IMG/VR virus record: IMGVR_UViG_3300034065_000059 | Coordinates: 1 to 59,466 of that record | Length of the DNA stretch: 59,466 nucleotides | Source of the DNA: a virus | Lineage: Duplodnaviria > Caudoviricetes | Reading direction: 5' to 3' (one strand) | Shown: positions 27,489 through 36,132 of the stretch, in pieces | Position numbering within the stretch: position 1 is the stretch's first letter | Layout: each line of letters starts with the position of its first letter | Program-made: the position numbers and the translations under genes | Notes under the pieces: model-generated | What the model saw: only the letters and a program-made list of their open reading frames with translations | Told to the model about the DNA's origin: nothing | Databases searched by the model: none

Positions 27489-27835
27489 TCCAACTGCAAG
27501 ACCAAGTTAGGATTATTCAAGAGGGCAATAATCTGCCCGTCTTTCGCAATTTAACTACTCAAATCATCGACGGTAAGCCCGTCGTCACCCAAGTCAAAGA
27601 GTTTCAAATCGCTGCCAACGTCCAGCCCATGGGCGCGCGCGACCTGCTACTAGTGCCGGAAGGTGACCGTTTCAAAGAACAGTATTGGCTTTGGACGCCG
27701 GGCGCCCCGCTATGCATCGCCGACCGGGTCGTGTGGTGCGGGGCTAACTATGAAGTGCAAGGGCTCCAAAACTGGGGCAGCTACCAGCAAGTACGAATCA
27801 TGCGAATCGACGTCGGACCTTTTGCAACGCCGTGA
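27485..27835 (+). CDS. Head closure protein
   Basis: ANVQP..LVPEGDR..DRVVW.G..YEV. Confidence 0.7.
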   Translation: MIQLQDQVRIIQEGNNLPVFRNLTTQIIDGKPVVTQVKEFQIAANVQPMGARDLLLVPEGDRFKEQYWLWTPGAPLCIADRVVWCGANYEVQGLQNWGSYQQVRIMRIDVGPFATP

Positions 27836-27841
27836 GTTTTA

Positions 27842-28408
27842 ATGGCCAAGCTTCCCACATTACCGCTCAACTTTTTCTCGCTAAGGAAAACCCTTATCGA
27901 CGAAGTGCAGCGCGTGACGGGGCTGACTTGCATAGTTGACCAGCCTGAGACCCAAGGCGTCAACCGGCCGATCAAGCCATATATGTCTCTTCGCACCATC
28001 GGGCCAGCCGTGAAAAAAGGTGACGATGCCCACTGGCAGAATCCTGGCACGAGCGGCTGGAATGTCGGTGGGCAACGCAAGATGACGGTGCAGTTTAATT
28101 GCTTCGGCAACGAGCACGAGGAAGCCTACAATTATATGTCGGTGGTGCAATCCGCCCTTGAAACGGAAACTACGCAAGCCAACTTGCGGGCCGGCGGCAT
28201 TGCCGTATGGCTCAACGGCAACGTCAACGACCTATCCCTCTTGCTCAATACTGGCTTTGAGGGCAGGGCACAAATGGACGTCGCTTTTGGCGTTGCTGCC
28301 AACGTCAATGAAGACCTTAGCTACATTGAATCGGTCACGGTCACCGGTGAAGTGACTTCCGACCAGGGTGAAGAGACAACTTTAACTGACACCGTTACTC
28401 AGCCTTAA
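27842..28408 (+). CDS. Tail terminator/neck protein
   Basis: Position before the sheath; RP..PY and FEGRAQMDV motifs. Confidence 0.7.
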   Translation: MAKLPTLPLNFFSLRKTLIDEVQRVTGLTCIVDQPETQGVNRPIKPYMSLRTIGPAVKKGDDAHWQNPGTSGWNVGGQRKMTVQFNCFGNEHEEAYNYMSVVQSALETETTQANLRAGGIAVWLNGNVNDLSLLLNTGFEGRAQMDVAFGVAANVNEDLSYIESVTVTGEVTSDQGEETTLTDTVTQP

Positions 28409-28425
28409 ATCACGAGGGAAAAATA

Positions 28426-29784
28426 ATGAGCGCATTGGACCAGATTGTTAACATTGTCATCACCCAACAAACGGCCGCCGTGCAGCAACCGTCTTTCAGC
28501 ATTCCGCTGATTGTCGGCCCCAATGCGCCTAGCACGCTAACCTACTTCACCAGTGCGGCGTCGATGCTTCAGGGCGGCTACGTGACGTCGGATATTGAAT
28601 ACGTGTATGCGTCCGTTATGATGGAGCAAGCTCTGACGCCGACTCTTTTCGGAGTCGGACAGCGCACGGTGGCCGTGGCCCAGGTCGACACTATCGCCGT
28701 CAGCACGCTCATAGGTACAGGCCACACCTACGTCTTTACTATCAACGGCCACTTGCTCAGCTACCTTTCAAGCTCGGACACTCAGCAATCAATCTTGACC
28801 GCGCTAAACACTCAGCTTGCGGCGATTACGCCGACACCACCGGGGGTGGGCGTGGTGACTGGCACGGGCTCGGGCGCCTTGCTCACCATCACCGGTGCGT
28901 CGCCGGGCTTGGGGATTTCTTACACCGCCGTCGACACCGATTTGACGCACGTCAACGTCACGCCGGTCAATGGCATCGCCAACGACTTAAATAATATCGT
29001 CAATGCTACCGGTGGCTCCAACTGGTATGGCATGTGCTTGGCTTCCAATCAAGCTTACGACATTCTGCAAGCCGCGTCGTTTATCGAGGCCACCGGCAAC
29101 CGTATTTTTGTGGCCTCGTCAAATGACTCCAATATCCCGACGTCGCTGACGACAGACCTCGCTAGCCAGCTTAAAGCTTTGAGCTATACGCGTACCGCCT
29201 GCATATACTCGCCCGGTAGCTATAATCTCGGTATTGACGCCGGCTGGCTTGGTGGGCAGTTGCCGCAAACTCCGGGCGCGTCCACGTGGGATCTAAAAAC
29301 TATCGTCGGTGTTTCGCCCGACACGTTTACCGCTGGTCAAGTTACTAACATGATCGGCGTGCCCGGCGTCGGCACTGGAAAAAATGTCAATATCTACCAA
29401 ACCGTCGGCGGGGTGAATATCACCCAAAGTGGCATCATGGCCGGCGGTCAATATATCGACATAACCATTTTCATTGACTGGCTGCGTGTCACCATGCAGA
29501 CCAACATTTTCGCGTTGCTCGTCAACAATCCGAAAATCCCTTACACCGATAAGGGCCTGACGGTCGTTGAAAATGCCGTGCGCCAAACGCTCGTGCAGGG
29601 CAGCGACAACGGCGGCACCGGCGGTGTTGACTATAGCTCCATCGTCGTCAACGCGGTGCCCGTGGCTAGCATCCCGTCGAATGACCGGGCTATGCGCTAC
29701 GTACCGGCCGGCTCGGTCGCTTGGTCTTGCCGCTTGACTGGTGCCATGCAAAATATCGTCGTCAATGGTGTTGTCAGCGTTTAA
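28426..29784 (+). CDS. Tail sheath protein (DUF3383-like)
   Basis: LDQIVNIVI, PGASTWDLKT, YIDI..IDWL, KIPYTDKG. Confidence 0.88.
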   Translation: MSALDQIVNIVITQQTAAVQQPSFSIPLIVGPNAPSTLTYFTSAASMLQGGYVTSDIEYVYASVMMEQALTPTLFGVGQRTVAVAQVDTIAVSTLIGTGHTYVFTINGHLLSYLSSSDTQQSILTALNTQLAAITPTPPGVGVVTGTGSGALLTITGASPGLGISYTAVDTDLTHVNVTPVNGIANDLNNIVNATGGSNWYGMCLASNQAYDILQAASFIEATGNRIFVASSNDSNIPTSLTTDLASQLKALSYTRTACIYSPGSYNLGIDAGWLGGQLPQTPGASTWDLKTIVGVSPDTFTAGQVTNMIGVPGVGTGKNVNIYQTVGGVNITQSGIMAGGQYIDITIFIDWLRVTMQTNIFALLVNNPKIPYTDKGLTVVENAVRQTLVQGSDNGGTGGVDYSSIVVNAVPVASIPSNDRAMRYVPAGSVAWSCRLTGAMQNIVVNGVVSV

Positions 29785-29813
29785 TCAATCAAACCAAGGG
29801 GAGAAAATAAACC

Positions 29814-30245
29814 ATGGCAGCCAATGTTGTTTTACAGTACGACCCAAAAGCTTTTAGCCTGATTTTAGGCGGTAATATTATTTCTGGTTTTGCCGATGAC
29901 TCGTTTGTCTCGGTTGAGCGCGATATGGAAGCCTTCACCAAAAAGACCGGGGTGGACGGCATTACGACCCGCGCCAAAAATAACGTGCAGACGGGCAAAG
30001 TTACTATCCGTCTTATGCAATCCTCAGCGTCTAACGACGTCTTATCAAACTTAGCTTTGCTGGACGAAGCTAGTAGCGGCGGCATCGTGCCACTTACTGC
30101 TAAGGACGGCTCGGGCCGCTCCATTTTTAGCAGCGAATCGGCTTGGGTCCAGAAAATGGCTAAATCGGAATGGAAAAAAGACACCAATGAAAACGAATGG
30201 GTTATTGATTGTGGCGCTCTAGCCGTTTTTGTCGGGGGCAATTGA
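29814..30245 (+). CDS. Tail tube protein 1 (DUF3277-like)
   Basis: YDPK..ISGFADD..GVDG..GKVTIRLMQSSASN. Confidence 0.85.
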   Translation: MAANVVLQYDPKAFSLILGGNIISGFADDSFVSVERDMEAFTKKTGVDGITTRAKNNVQTGKVTIRLMQSSASNDVLSNLALLDEASSGGIVPLTAKDGSGRSIFSSESAWVQKMAKSEWKKDTNENEWVIDCGALAVFVGGN

Positions 30246-30251
30246 TAATTC

Positions 30252-30689
30252 GTGGCTGCTAACACCGTCCTAAATTATGACCCCAAAAAAATCCAACTCA
30301 TTGTTGGCGGGTATATCATTGGCGGTTTTGCTGACGACGAATTCCTTGAAGTTGAGCGCGACGTCGACGCCTACACCAAATATGTCGGCGTCGGCGGTGA
30401 AACGACTCGAATTAAAACCACCAATAGGTCCGGGAAGCTTACGATTAAGCTCATGCAAAGCTCGCCGTCAAATGACGAGCTTTCACTTTTAACTGAGCTT
30501 GACGAATTTGGCGACGCTGGCGCTGTCCCTCTGTTGGCGCGCGACGGCAACGGCTCTACTCTCTTTACCTCGGTTTTTTGCTGGGTCAAGCGCTTCCCAA
30601 AAGTTATGTGGCGCCGGGAAGTCCAAGTATATGAGTGGGTGCTAGACACCTCTAGCTTGTCAATTTTTGTCGGAGGTATAAGCACATGA
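30252..30689 (+). CDS. Tail tube protein 2 (paralogue)
   Basis: YDPK..IGGFADD..GKLTIKLMQSSPSN; collinear with tube 1. Confidence 0.85.
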   Translation: MAANTVLNYDPKKIQLIVGGYIIGGFADDEFLEVERDVDAYTKYVGVGGETTRIKTTNRSGKLTIKLMQSSPSNDELSLLTELDEFGDAGAVPLLARDGNGSTLFTSVFCWVKRFPKVMWRREVQVYEWVLDTSSLSIFVGGIST

Positions 30690-31177
30690 GAGAGTTGGTT
30701 GGCGTCACGGTCGACGATAAGCTTTACGAGTTTCAGCAATTCACCACGACGGTAGGGCTTAAAACCTTGAGCCACCTCGCCCGCATTATTGGTGAACCGC
30801 TCATGCTGGCGCTTGGGGTATTTTTTAAAGACGCGCCGGCGGAAGGTGCGCCTAAAGTCCCTTTCGGCCAGCGCGAGGTCAACACCGACGTGCTCGCTAA
30901 AGCCGTCCACGCCCTGATTACTCAGCTTAGTGGTGAAGGCACGGACGAAGCCATACGCCTGATAAAAACCTTGGTCAGCGGTGACGGTGTCCTTTGTGAC
31001 CACAAAAAAGTTATTTTTGACGAGCATTTTCGTGGCGCGGAAGGTCTAGCGCATTTAGCCAAAGTGGTGCGCGCGGCTCTTGAGGCACAATACGGAAATT
31101 TCTTAGGCGCCGTGTCCGCCCAAATGTCCGGGCCGGCAGTCACGGCGGTCAAGGGTCCGGCGGTTATTCGCCGGTAG
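30686..31177 (+). CDS. Tail assembly chaperone
   Basis: Between tube and tape measure genes; FDEHF..YGNFL end motif. Confidence 0.8.
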   Translation: MRELVGVTVDDKLYEFQQFTTTVGLKTLSHLARIIGEPLMLALGVFFKDAPAEGAPKVPFGQREVNTDVLAKAVHALITQLSGEGTDEAIRLIKTLVSGDGVLCDHKKVIFDEHFRGAEGLAHLAKVVRAALEAQYGNFLGAVSAQMSGPAVTAVKGPAVIRR

Positions 31178-31368
31178 CGCCTGACTCGGTACCTTGGGAA
31201 ATATGGCGGTGCGTCCTAGAGGGAGGTTGCTCATTGATTGAAATACAAACTCAATGGAGCGTCACCGACCTACAAGACTGCCATGAAGCTCTAGACGTTA
31301 AGCATGACCTTGAGTGCGCGGCGGTTGAAGACGCTAAACGGCGAGCGGCGCAAAGGAATGACCGATGA
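31096..31368 (+). CDS. -1 frameshift extension of the tail assembly chaperone
   Basis: Slippery heptamer A AAT TTC at 31096-31102; -1 frame open to TGA 31368 (PWEIWRCV..WSVTDLQDCHEALD). Confidence 0.75.
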   Translation, partial: KFLRRRVRPNVRAGSHGGQGSGGYSPVAPDSVPWEIWRCVLEGGCSLIEIQTQWSVTDLQDCHEALDVKHDLECAAVEDAKRRAAQRNDR

Positions 31369-32909
31369 TCATAAGCGAGCTTTTAGCCCATATCGGTTTT
31401 GAAATCGAGGAGGCCCCGCTCGAAAAGTTAGAAAAGGGTTTAGACGCGATTAAAGAGCGTTTGAATCTAATCATTGGCTTTGAAGCCGTCACTAAATTAT
31501 ATGAACTGTCGGAGCGTTTTGCTCACTGGGGTGAAGAGCTACACCTAACAGCCGAAAACCTGGGGATGACGACTGAATCACTCCAAGGTCTAAATTACGC
31601 GGCTGAGAAAAGCGGCGTCAGCCAAGAAATGCTGAGCACAAGCTTGGCGCGGTTAGCGCGGCAGCTTTACGCGGCTAAGACCGGCAGCAAGGAAGCCCAA
31701 GAGCAATTCGCTAAGGCTGGTATTTCCGGGGAGCAAATCACCCGGTTTAAAACCACCGAAGACGCGCTTTATGGTGTGTCGGCCGCGCTAGCTAGTGTCG
31801 AAGACCCGATTAAGCGTATGGCGATCGCCCAGCAAATGCTCGGGCGCGGTGGTACGCGTCTTATCGCCTTCCTCGGTAAAGGGCCAGCGGCTATCCGCGA
31901 AGAGGCAGCCGAGTTAAAAAAACCAGGGCTGCAACTGAGCGGCCCGCAGATTGGCGCCCTGGTGCAGGTCGAACACGCCTTCGTCAAGCTTCACGCCGTA
32001 ATGCACGCCATAGGGGCGCAGATTGCTTCCTTCGTCGCTCCGACGTTTACCTACCTTATAGACAAGTTTACCGAGCTATATGGTGCCAATAAAAACGTCA
32101 TTGGCTCAGGCATTCACGTTTGGCTCACCGTGCTTTCCAACATGCTGGCTTATGCCGGCGGCTTAGTGGCGGGGCTGACGCAACGGTTTCTTGGCATGTC
32201 TGGCGCCATTAAACAGGCTTTTAAAGCAGAAGGTATGGCCGGCGTTTTTGAGTTATTAGAGAAAAAAGTCAAGGAAGCTTTCAGCGACGAAAATCTGAAA
32301 AAGCTCGAAGACGCTTTACAGTCAATGCTTGGCTCAACTGCCTTCGCGGAAGCCATAAAAAGTGCTCTCAATATTGCGCTGATTGTTAGTGGCTTTGCTG
32401 CGTCCATTGGTTTTGAAATTGCTAAGGGCTTTCTCAAAGCGTTGCTTAAAGTCGTCCCGGATATTTTGGGCACCAAATCTTTAGCCGACGTTAATTCAAT
32501 GGTGGGGTATGGGCTTTCCGCCGAAGATTCCGGTGGCATCGTCGGCAAGCAAAATAACGAAGAATCTTACGGTACGCGGGCGTTAAATGCCGTACTCAAC
32601 CAAGGCGAAGGTGAAACTCTACCTGGCATCGCTGCCGATGCTATATACAACGGGGCAAAAAAACTCTTTGGCGGTGGCACTGGCTTAGCCACAACGCCGA
32701 GTGCGGCACTACCTCAACCGCAAGACACACCCAACGTGGCTGGCGCGTCGATTGACGCCCCTATCACCAATAACATTTACATTCCCCCGGGCGCGACCGT
32801 GCAACAGGCGCGGGAGCTTGGTGAAGCGGCCGCCGAAGCATCGCACAAAAAGCTTTTTGAATTTATCATGCGTGGCACTTATCAAAGTTTACCGGCGGGA
32901 GGTAGCTAA
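31365..32909 (+). CDS. Tape measure protein
   Basis: Helical Ala/Leu-rich protein, LQGLNYAAEKSGV motif, position. Confidence 0.85.
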   Translation: MIISELLAHIGFEIEEAPLEKLEKGLDAIKERLNLIIGFEAVTKLYELSERFAHWGEELHLTAENLGMTTESLQGLNYAAEKSGVSQEMLSTSLARLARQLYAAKTGSKEAQEQFAKAGISGEQITRFKTTEDALYGVSAALASVEDPIKRMAIAQQMLGRGGTRLIAFLGKGPAAIREEAAELKKPGLQLSGPQIGALVQVEHAFVKLHAVMHAIGAQIASFVAPTFTYLIDKFTELYGANKNVIGSGIHVWLTVLSNMLAYAGGLVAGLTQRFLGMSGAIKQAFKAEGMAGVFELLEKKVKEAFSDENLKKLEDALQSMLGSTAFAEAIKSALNIALIVSGFAASIGFEIAKGFLKALLKVVPDILGTKSLADVNSMVGYGLSAEDSGGIVGKQNNEESYGTRALNAVLNQGEGETLPGIAADAIYNGAKKLFGGGTGLATTPSAALPQPQDTPNVAGASIDAPITNNIYIPPGATVQQARELGEAAAEASHKKLFEFIMRGTYQSLPAGGS

Positions 32910-32912
32910 CAC

Positions 32913-33602
32913 TTGAGCGGTTTAGCTTCCATATTTGGTGACCACGTTGTCATTATGCAGCAAGAGCCGCAAATTCCTATTGTGGCTTTTGATTGTTCCA
33001 TTATGGAAACCCATAGCCGGGAAAGCGTTGTCACGGAATTTGAGACAGAAAACGGCGACACAATTTCTGACCACATTGTAGTGAAGCCGTTTAACCTCCA
33101 CATCCAAGGGATTGTGTCTAACTCGCCGCTTAGCTCGCTGGCCGGCCTAGCAACGGCGGCAGTCACTACGGTAGCTACGGCCGTAGCTCCACCGGTGGGC
33201 GTGCTCGGCAAAAATGCCGCCGCTCTCGCCGCGCTGCCGCTTATTCCTAACCCTTTTGCCCCGGCCAACACGGCTTACCAAAGCTTGCTCAATCTGCAAA
33301 ATCTTAAGCTGCCGTTCACCGTACAGACTACGCTCTACACCTATAAAAACATGTGGGTGAAAAAGCTATCAGTGCCGCGCGACGCCCAGCGCGGCAACGC
33401 GGTTTTCTTTGAGCTTGACCTGGTGCAACTGCTACTAGTGACACCGACCACGGTTAACATCGGGCAATTCGCTGCCGCCGACCTTGCGGCAAGCCAGTCA
33501 AATAAAGGTGAGCAATCGGCAACCGGGCCAAGCTCAGGGGTAGTAGCCAACTATAATGCCGGGTTAGCGGGCAATGCGCCGCTGCCGCTTGCGGGGCTGT
33601 AA
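32913..33602 (+). CDS. Baseplate/tube initiator protein
   Basis: FDCSIMETH..VTEFETENG..ISDHIVVKP. Confidence 0.75.
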   Translation: MSGLASIFGDHVVIMQQEPQIPIVAFDCSIMETHSRESVVTEFETENGDTISDHIVVKPFNLHIQGIVSNSPLSSLAGLATAAVTTVATAVAPPVGVLGKNAAALAALPLIPNPFAPANTAYQSLLNLQNLKLPFTVQTTLYTYKNMWVKKLSVPRDAQRGNAVFFELDLVQLLLVTPTTVNIGQFAAADLAASQSNKGEQSATGPSSGVVANYNAGLAGNAPLPLAGL

Positions 33603-33603
33603 A

Positions 33604-33969
33604 ATGGCCGGACCAAATGCCAATCTTTCAAATGGTCAAGAGCTAGTCGTGCTGCCACTGGCCAACGACGTGCCGTGGTACCTGTATTTCATAAGCCTTT
33701 CGGCCACGCAATACGTGCAACGCTTTCGGTTCAATACCCGCATGAACCGGTGGATAATGGACATAGCCGACTCCATGAATAACGATATTCTTGACTCAGT
33801 GCCGCTCTTGATTAACCGCAACCTCACCGGGCAGTTTAATTACCTGCCGGGTTTCCCCCCGGGTCAGTTTTTCGTTTTAGACAGCACAAACCAGGGCACG
33901 CAACCCACACGGTATTCCTTTGGTGTAGATCATTTGGCCTATTACTTAGATCCAACAGCCACCACATGA
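33604..33969 (+). CDS. Baseplate plug-like protein
   Basis: RFRFNTRMNRWIMDI..VPL motif; position. Confidence 0.7.
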   Translation: MAGPNANLSNGQELVVLPLANDVPWYLYFISLSATQYVQRFRFNTRMNRWIMDIADSMNNDILDSVPLLINRNLTGQFNYLPGFPPGQFFVLDSTNQGTQPTRYSFGVDHLAYYLDPTATT

Positions 33970-33975
33970 GCGTAA

Positions 33976-34953
33976 ATGTCACTTTTTGACCCAGTAAATA
34001 GCAACATTATTCCGACGCCAAACTTGTCGCCGGAAGGGTTGCCTATTTCTCAAGATAGTGCTTACGACCTCGATAACCAATCTTATGCATTTAATCGTCA
34101 ATGGCTTGTGCAAATCATCAGCCCTTTTTCTGGCCCCGTGTCTTATGACTCGCTACGCACAACTTTCGACATAGAAAAAACGGCATTCGCTACCGCCAAT
34201 AAGGGCACTATCAGCCTCTACAATCTTAACGACCAGTCTCGTTCTGACTATCTTATGGGCGCGCGTATGAGCCTGGCCCTAGGCTACGCGGGCATTGGTG
34301 GCCCGCTTATTCCAATTTTCTCATACGCTGACATTTGGCGCGTAACTCACTCGCGCAAAGGCGCCGACATTATCACCACGCTTGAATCAGGCGAAGGGGA
34401 GCGCAACCTTCAAGAAAGTATTTTCAACCAATCGTTTCCCGCTAACACGCCGGTGGCTTCAGTGCTTCAGGCGCTCATTACCGCCATGGGTCTGACCCAA
34501 GGCCCCATGATCGGCGTGCCGTCAACTCCCTATAATTCGGCTCTAGCCCTGTCCGGCGCTTGCCGTGACATTATGGATAAAATAGTAGTCAAAGAGCTTG
34601 GGCTTCGGTGGTGGGTTGACGGTCAGACCGTTAAAATTGCACCACCGGGCACACAGCTTTCGGTTGACGCAGTTTTAGTGAGCGTCGACACGGGGCTGAT
34701 TGGCACGCCAAACCTTGGCGGACCTAACGGCGGCGATAACGTCATCACTTTTGTCAGCTTGATTAACCCCGCCTTGGTGCCGGGGGCGGCCGTCAGTATT
34801 GTCAGTAAATTTACGACCAAGACCGCAATTATAAAAACCTCTAAATTTTCCGGCGACACGCACGAGAGCAAGTGGACCGTCACCTGTGAATGCACCCCAA
34901 TGGTGGCTCAACAGGTTTCGTCGTCAACCGGATTTGCGGGTAGCATAGCATGA
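33976..34953 (+). CDS. Baseplate hub protein
   Basis: FDIEKT..NKGTISLYNL..LGY, TGLIGTP, GDTH..W. Confidence 0.8.
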   Translation: MSLFDPVNSNIIPTPNLSPEGLPISQDSAYDLDNQSYAFNRQWLVQIISPFSGPVSYDSLRTTFDIEKTAFATANKGTISLYNLNDQSRSDYLMGARMSLALGYAGIGGPLIPIFSYADIWRVTHSRKGADIITTLESGEGERNLQESIFNQSFPANTPVASVLQALITAMGLTQGPMIGVPSTPYNSALALSGACRDIMDKIVVKELGLRWWVDGQTVKIAPPGTQLSVDAVLVSVDTGLIGTPNLGGPNGGDNVITFVSLINPALVPGAAVSIVSKFTTKTAIIKTSKFSGDTHESKWTVTCECTPMVAQQVSSSTGFAGSIA

Positions 34954-35714
34954 GCTTAGCCGACAACGACTATAGCCCGACGTCGACACCTACCGACGGT
35001 GAGACACCGACGCTTGACGTGGTTCTGAGGGCTTTTATTGATGCAGCCCTACGGGACGCGCGCGTATGGCTGCCGGTGGAAGTGGTGGCCGTCGTCCCTG
35101 GTACTTTTAACCGGGTGAGCGTTCAGCCGCTCTTGCTCCGAACATTTTCGACGCTGCCCGCACCGGTGCTAATGCCGGTTTTGCAGGATTTGCCTGTCAT
35201 CCAACCGCGTGGCAACAGCTACGGGATTAAGTTGCCTGTAGCTGTAGGCGACACGGGTATTGCACTTTTCTGCGACCGAAGCCTAGACGTCTGGAAAGTT
35301 CAAGGCGGCCAAGTCAATCCGGGAAGTGTGCGGACCCATGATTTATCTGACGGGGTTTTTGTACCTGGGCTTTATCCTCTCAATACCCCGCCGGCTACCC
35401 CAACCACCGTTGGCGGTCCGCTGGACTTGGTGCTTTATAACGGGCTAGCCCAATTGCTAATGCAGCCGGGTGGCACCTTCATGCAAGGCAATGGGGCCCT
35501 GGAAACCTACGCGCTTTTGGTGAAGTCAATGACCACGCTAAACACTGCCTTTGCAGCGCTGGCCACAGAGTTTGCGTCTATTGCATCGACGGGGGCAACG
35601 CCCACGCCGGGCTCGCTCTTTGGGGCTTTCGCCGCACCACTAGCGGCGGCGACGGCCGCCTTAACGGTTTTAACGACTAGCTTCACCGCCTTAATGGGCT
35701 TGCCGGGGGAATAA
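34950..35714 (+). CDS. Baseplate spike (Gp138-like N-terminal domain)
   Basis: VSVQPL..LPV..P..VGDTGIALFCDRSLD..RTHDLSDGVFVPG. Confidence 0.85.
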   Translation: MSLADNDYSPTSTPTDGETPTLDVVLRAFIDAALRDARVWLPVEVVAVVPGTFNRVSVQPLLLRTFSTLPAPVLMPVLQDLPVIQPRGNSYGIKLPVAVGDTGIALFCDRSLDVWKVQGGQVNPGSVRTHDLSDGVFVPGLYPLNTPPATPTTVGGPLDLVLYNGLAQLLMQPGGTFMQGNGALETYALLVKSMTTLNTAFAALATEFASIASTGATPTPGSLFGAFAAPLAAATAALTVLTTSFTALMGLPGE

Positions 35715-35715
35715 C

Positions 35716-36132
35716 ATGGCAGCCGCTTTTAACGACATTGCCTTAGACAACAATCCGCTTTCGTCCACCTTTGGCGACGTCTACCTAGTGAATGGTGACC
35801 TGGCTACGGTCAGCGGTTCAGCGGCAATCCTGCAAAATATTTTACAGACGCTTGGGGTTTTTCTGGGCGAGTGGTTTCTCAATACTTCGCTCGGCATTGA
35901 TTACTTTGGAAGTGTATTGACGAAAAACCCAAACCAACAGATTATAGACGCAATATTTATCAGCCAAATTTTAGCGGTGCCAGGGGTGACGGCGTTGACG
36001 GCTTACTCTTTCACGCGAAATAACGCTTTCCGTTCTTTGGCAATCAACTTCACGGCTCAGACTACGCAAGGAATTGTTAATTACAATGGCACCCTGCCCA
36101 CGGGCACCGTAGCAACGGGGACACCTACATAA
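35716..36132 (+). CDS. Baseplate wedge/sheath initiator
   Basis: FLGEWFLNTSLGIDY..ILAVPGV. Confidence 0.8.
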   Translation: MAAAFNDIALDNNPLSSTFGDVYLVNGDLATVSGSAAILQNILQTLGVFLGEWFLNTSLGIDYFGSVLTKNPNQQIIDAIFISQILAVPGVTALTAYSFTRNNAFRSLAINFTAQTTQGIVNYNGTLPTGTVATGTPT

